Below the pieces are notes generated by a model, which ran no database searches, was not told the origin of the DNA, and was given only the letters and a program-made list of their open reading frames with translations. The translations under genes and the position numbers were made by a program. 35,647 nt of DNA from Chiloscyllium plagiosum (Eukaryota): contig NC_057720.1 in the NCBI RefSeq assembly GCF_004010195.1, positions 91,638,294-91,673,940 of the forward strand, read 5' to 3'. This document shows, in pieces, positions 33,701 to 35,647 of this stretch. Numbering within the stretch: the stretch's first letter is position 1; each line of letters starts with the position of its first letter.

Positions 33701-35647
33701 TGTCTTAAATACACTCAGTGACTTGGCCTCCACTTCCCTCTGTAGCAATAAGTTCCCCACATTCACCACCCTCTGGCTGAAGAAATTCCTCCTCATCTCA
33801 GCTCTAAAGAGTCGGCCCTTCATTCTGAGGCTGTGCCTTGGTTACCGAGTCTCTCCTGTTTTTGGAAACATCTTTTCCACAACCATTCTATCCAGGTTGA
33901 TCAGTATTCAGCAAATTTAAATAAGATCCCTCCTCATCCTTTTAAACTCCATCGAGTACAGACCCAGAGTCCTCAACCGCACCTCATATGACAAGCCCTT
34001 CATCCCCAGGATCATTCGTGTGAACCCCTCCAATGCCAGCACATCGTTTCTTAGAACATGGGTCCCAAATCTGCTCACAATATTCCAAATGCAGTCTGAC
34101 CAGAGCCTTACACAGCCTCAGAACTACATCTCTGCTCTTGTATTCTGGCCCTATTGAAATGAATGCTAGCATTTCATTTGCCTTCCCAAGCACAAACTGG
34201 ACCTGTCTGTTCACCTGAAGAGAAACCTGAATGAGGTTTGTGCTTTAGATTTCCAAAAGCTTTCCTTATTTAGAAAACAGTCTTTGCATCTCTTCTTCCT
34301 ACCAAAGTGCATGCCCTCACACTGTAACACATTGTATTCTATCTGCCAATTCTTTGTCCACTCTCCCAGCCTATCCAGGACATTTTACAGCCTTCCCACT
34401 TCCTCAACACTATCTGTCCCTCCACCTATCTCATGTCATCTGCAAACTTAGCAACAATGTCTTCACTTCCTTCATCCAGATTGTTAATGTATAATGTGAA
34501 TAGTTAAGGTCCCAACATTGACCCCTACAGGACTCTACCAGTCACCAACTGCCATTTTTCCTCACTCTCTGCTTTATGCCAACCTGCCAGTCCTCAGTCC
34601 ATGCCAGTACCTCGGCCCTCACACTGTAGGCTTTTATCTTATGTCAAAGGCCTTTTAGAAATCCAAATACATTACTTCCTTGGACTCTCCTTTGTCTGAC
34701 TGGCTCATTGCCTCCTTAAAGAATTCTAACAGATTTGCCAGGCATGACCTCCCCGTGATGAAGCTGTGTTGACTCAGCCCTAGTTTACAATTGCACCTTC
34801 AAGTCCTCTACAATTTCATCCTCTACACCCATATTCGAAGGAAGTCTAAAACATTACCAACAACTTAGTCCAGGCTAACTGGCCTATAATTTCCCATCTT
34901 CTCCCTCCCTCCCTCCCTCCCTTCTTAATCAGGGCTGTTATGTGAGCCACTTTCAAGTCCCTTGCCCCCATCAAATCCCTCCCCACCACTCTGTCATACC
35001 CTGACTCCATTGATTCCTGAAAGATCATCTCCAATACTTCCATAATTTCCTCAGTGGTCTCCTTCAGAACACACTCATGTTGTTCATCTAGTCTGGGTGA
35101 GTTATCCATATTCAGACCTTTCAGCTTCGATTCAATTCCTCTGCAATTTCTTCACTTCCTATAATTCTTTCTCCAGCCTCATTTTCCAGCGATCCAATGT
35201 ATATTTTTGCCTTCCACTTCCTTTTTATACATCTGATAAAACTCGTGCATTCTTCTTAAGTATTACCGGCTAACTTACCCCCACATTCCCCCTTCTCCAC
35301 CTTTAATGCTTTTTTATTTATCCTCTCCGGGTTTTTAAAGGCTTCCTAACCCTCTGGCTTCCCACTTTTCTCGACCACATTGTGCGTTTGTTTTCTTTTG
35401 CTTTTATGCTGTCCGTGACTTCCCTCATCAGCCATGGTTACCTTGTCCTCCCCTTAGTGTGTTTCTTTTTTTTGGGATGAGTTCCTACTCTGCTTCCTGA
35501 ATTACGCCCAGAAACTCTGCTGTTTGCTGCCCCACCATTTTACCTGCTTGGCTCCCCTTACAATCAACTCTGGCCAGCTCCTTCCTCATGTCTTTATCGT
35601 TACCTTTACTCAACTGAAATACTGTTCCATCTGATTGCAGCTTCTCC
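30755..35647 (-). mobile_element. Array of CR1-like LINE fragments forming the J-C intron of arm C
   Basis: Reverse-complement counterparts of the LINEs in 1-4945 (ORFs 30911-31204, 32779-33069, 33575-33823, 33984-34214). Confidence 0.85.

Larger units (their letters stand above)
29155..35130 (+). repeat. Paralogous cluster arm C (promoter, V, J, J-C intron); inverted homolog of ~1-6085
   Basis: Same colinear blocks in opposite orientation. Confidence 0.92.

Overview
Eukaryotic, repeat-rich window from a cartilaginous fish (shark-type repeats and Ig sequences; an orectolobiform shark is my inference). It holds parts of clustered immunoglobulin kappa-type (shark type III / NS4-like) light-chain miniloci, embedded in degenerate CR1-like LINEs, HE1-like SINEs and a Penelope-like element. 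Three Ig pieces sit on segments separated by 500-N gaps. (1) Minus strand 5390-5949: a leader plus an already-joined V-J that keeps its introns, is out of frame and has an internal TGA. (2) Minus strand 22882-23457: a C exon with a ~246-bp internal tandem duplication and a TAG->CAG stop loss. (3) Plus strand 29297-30324: an unrearranged leader-V-12RSS ... 23RSS-J whose J RSS heptamer and FGXG motif are damaged. Positions ~1-6085 and ~29155-35130 are inverted paralogous arms, so they show post- and pre-rearrangement versions of the same cluster family. Other notable signals: a duplicated CTCF/kappaB-like module between clusters, a sharply bounded hyper-diverged patch over J, a conserved intronic block, a perfect 22-bp hairpin 3' of C, and degenerate Penelope hammerhead cores. 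I found no wholly new gene system; the interesting items are variations on shark Ig cluster biology, and some could be assembly or base-calling artefacts.
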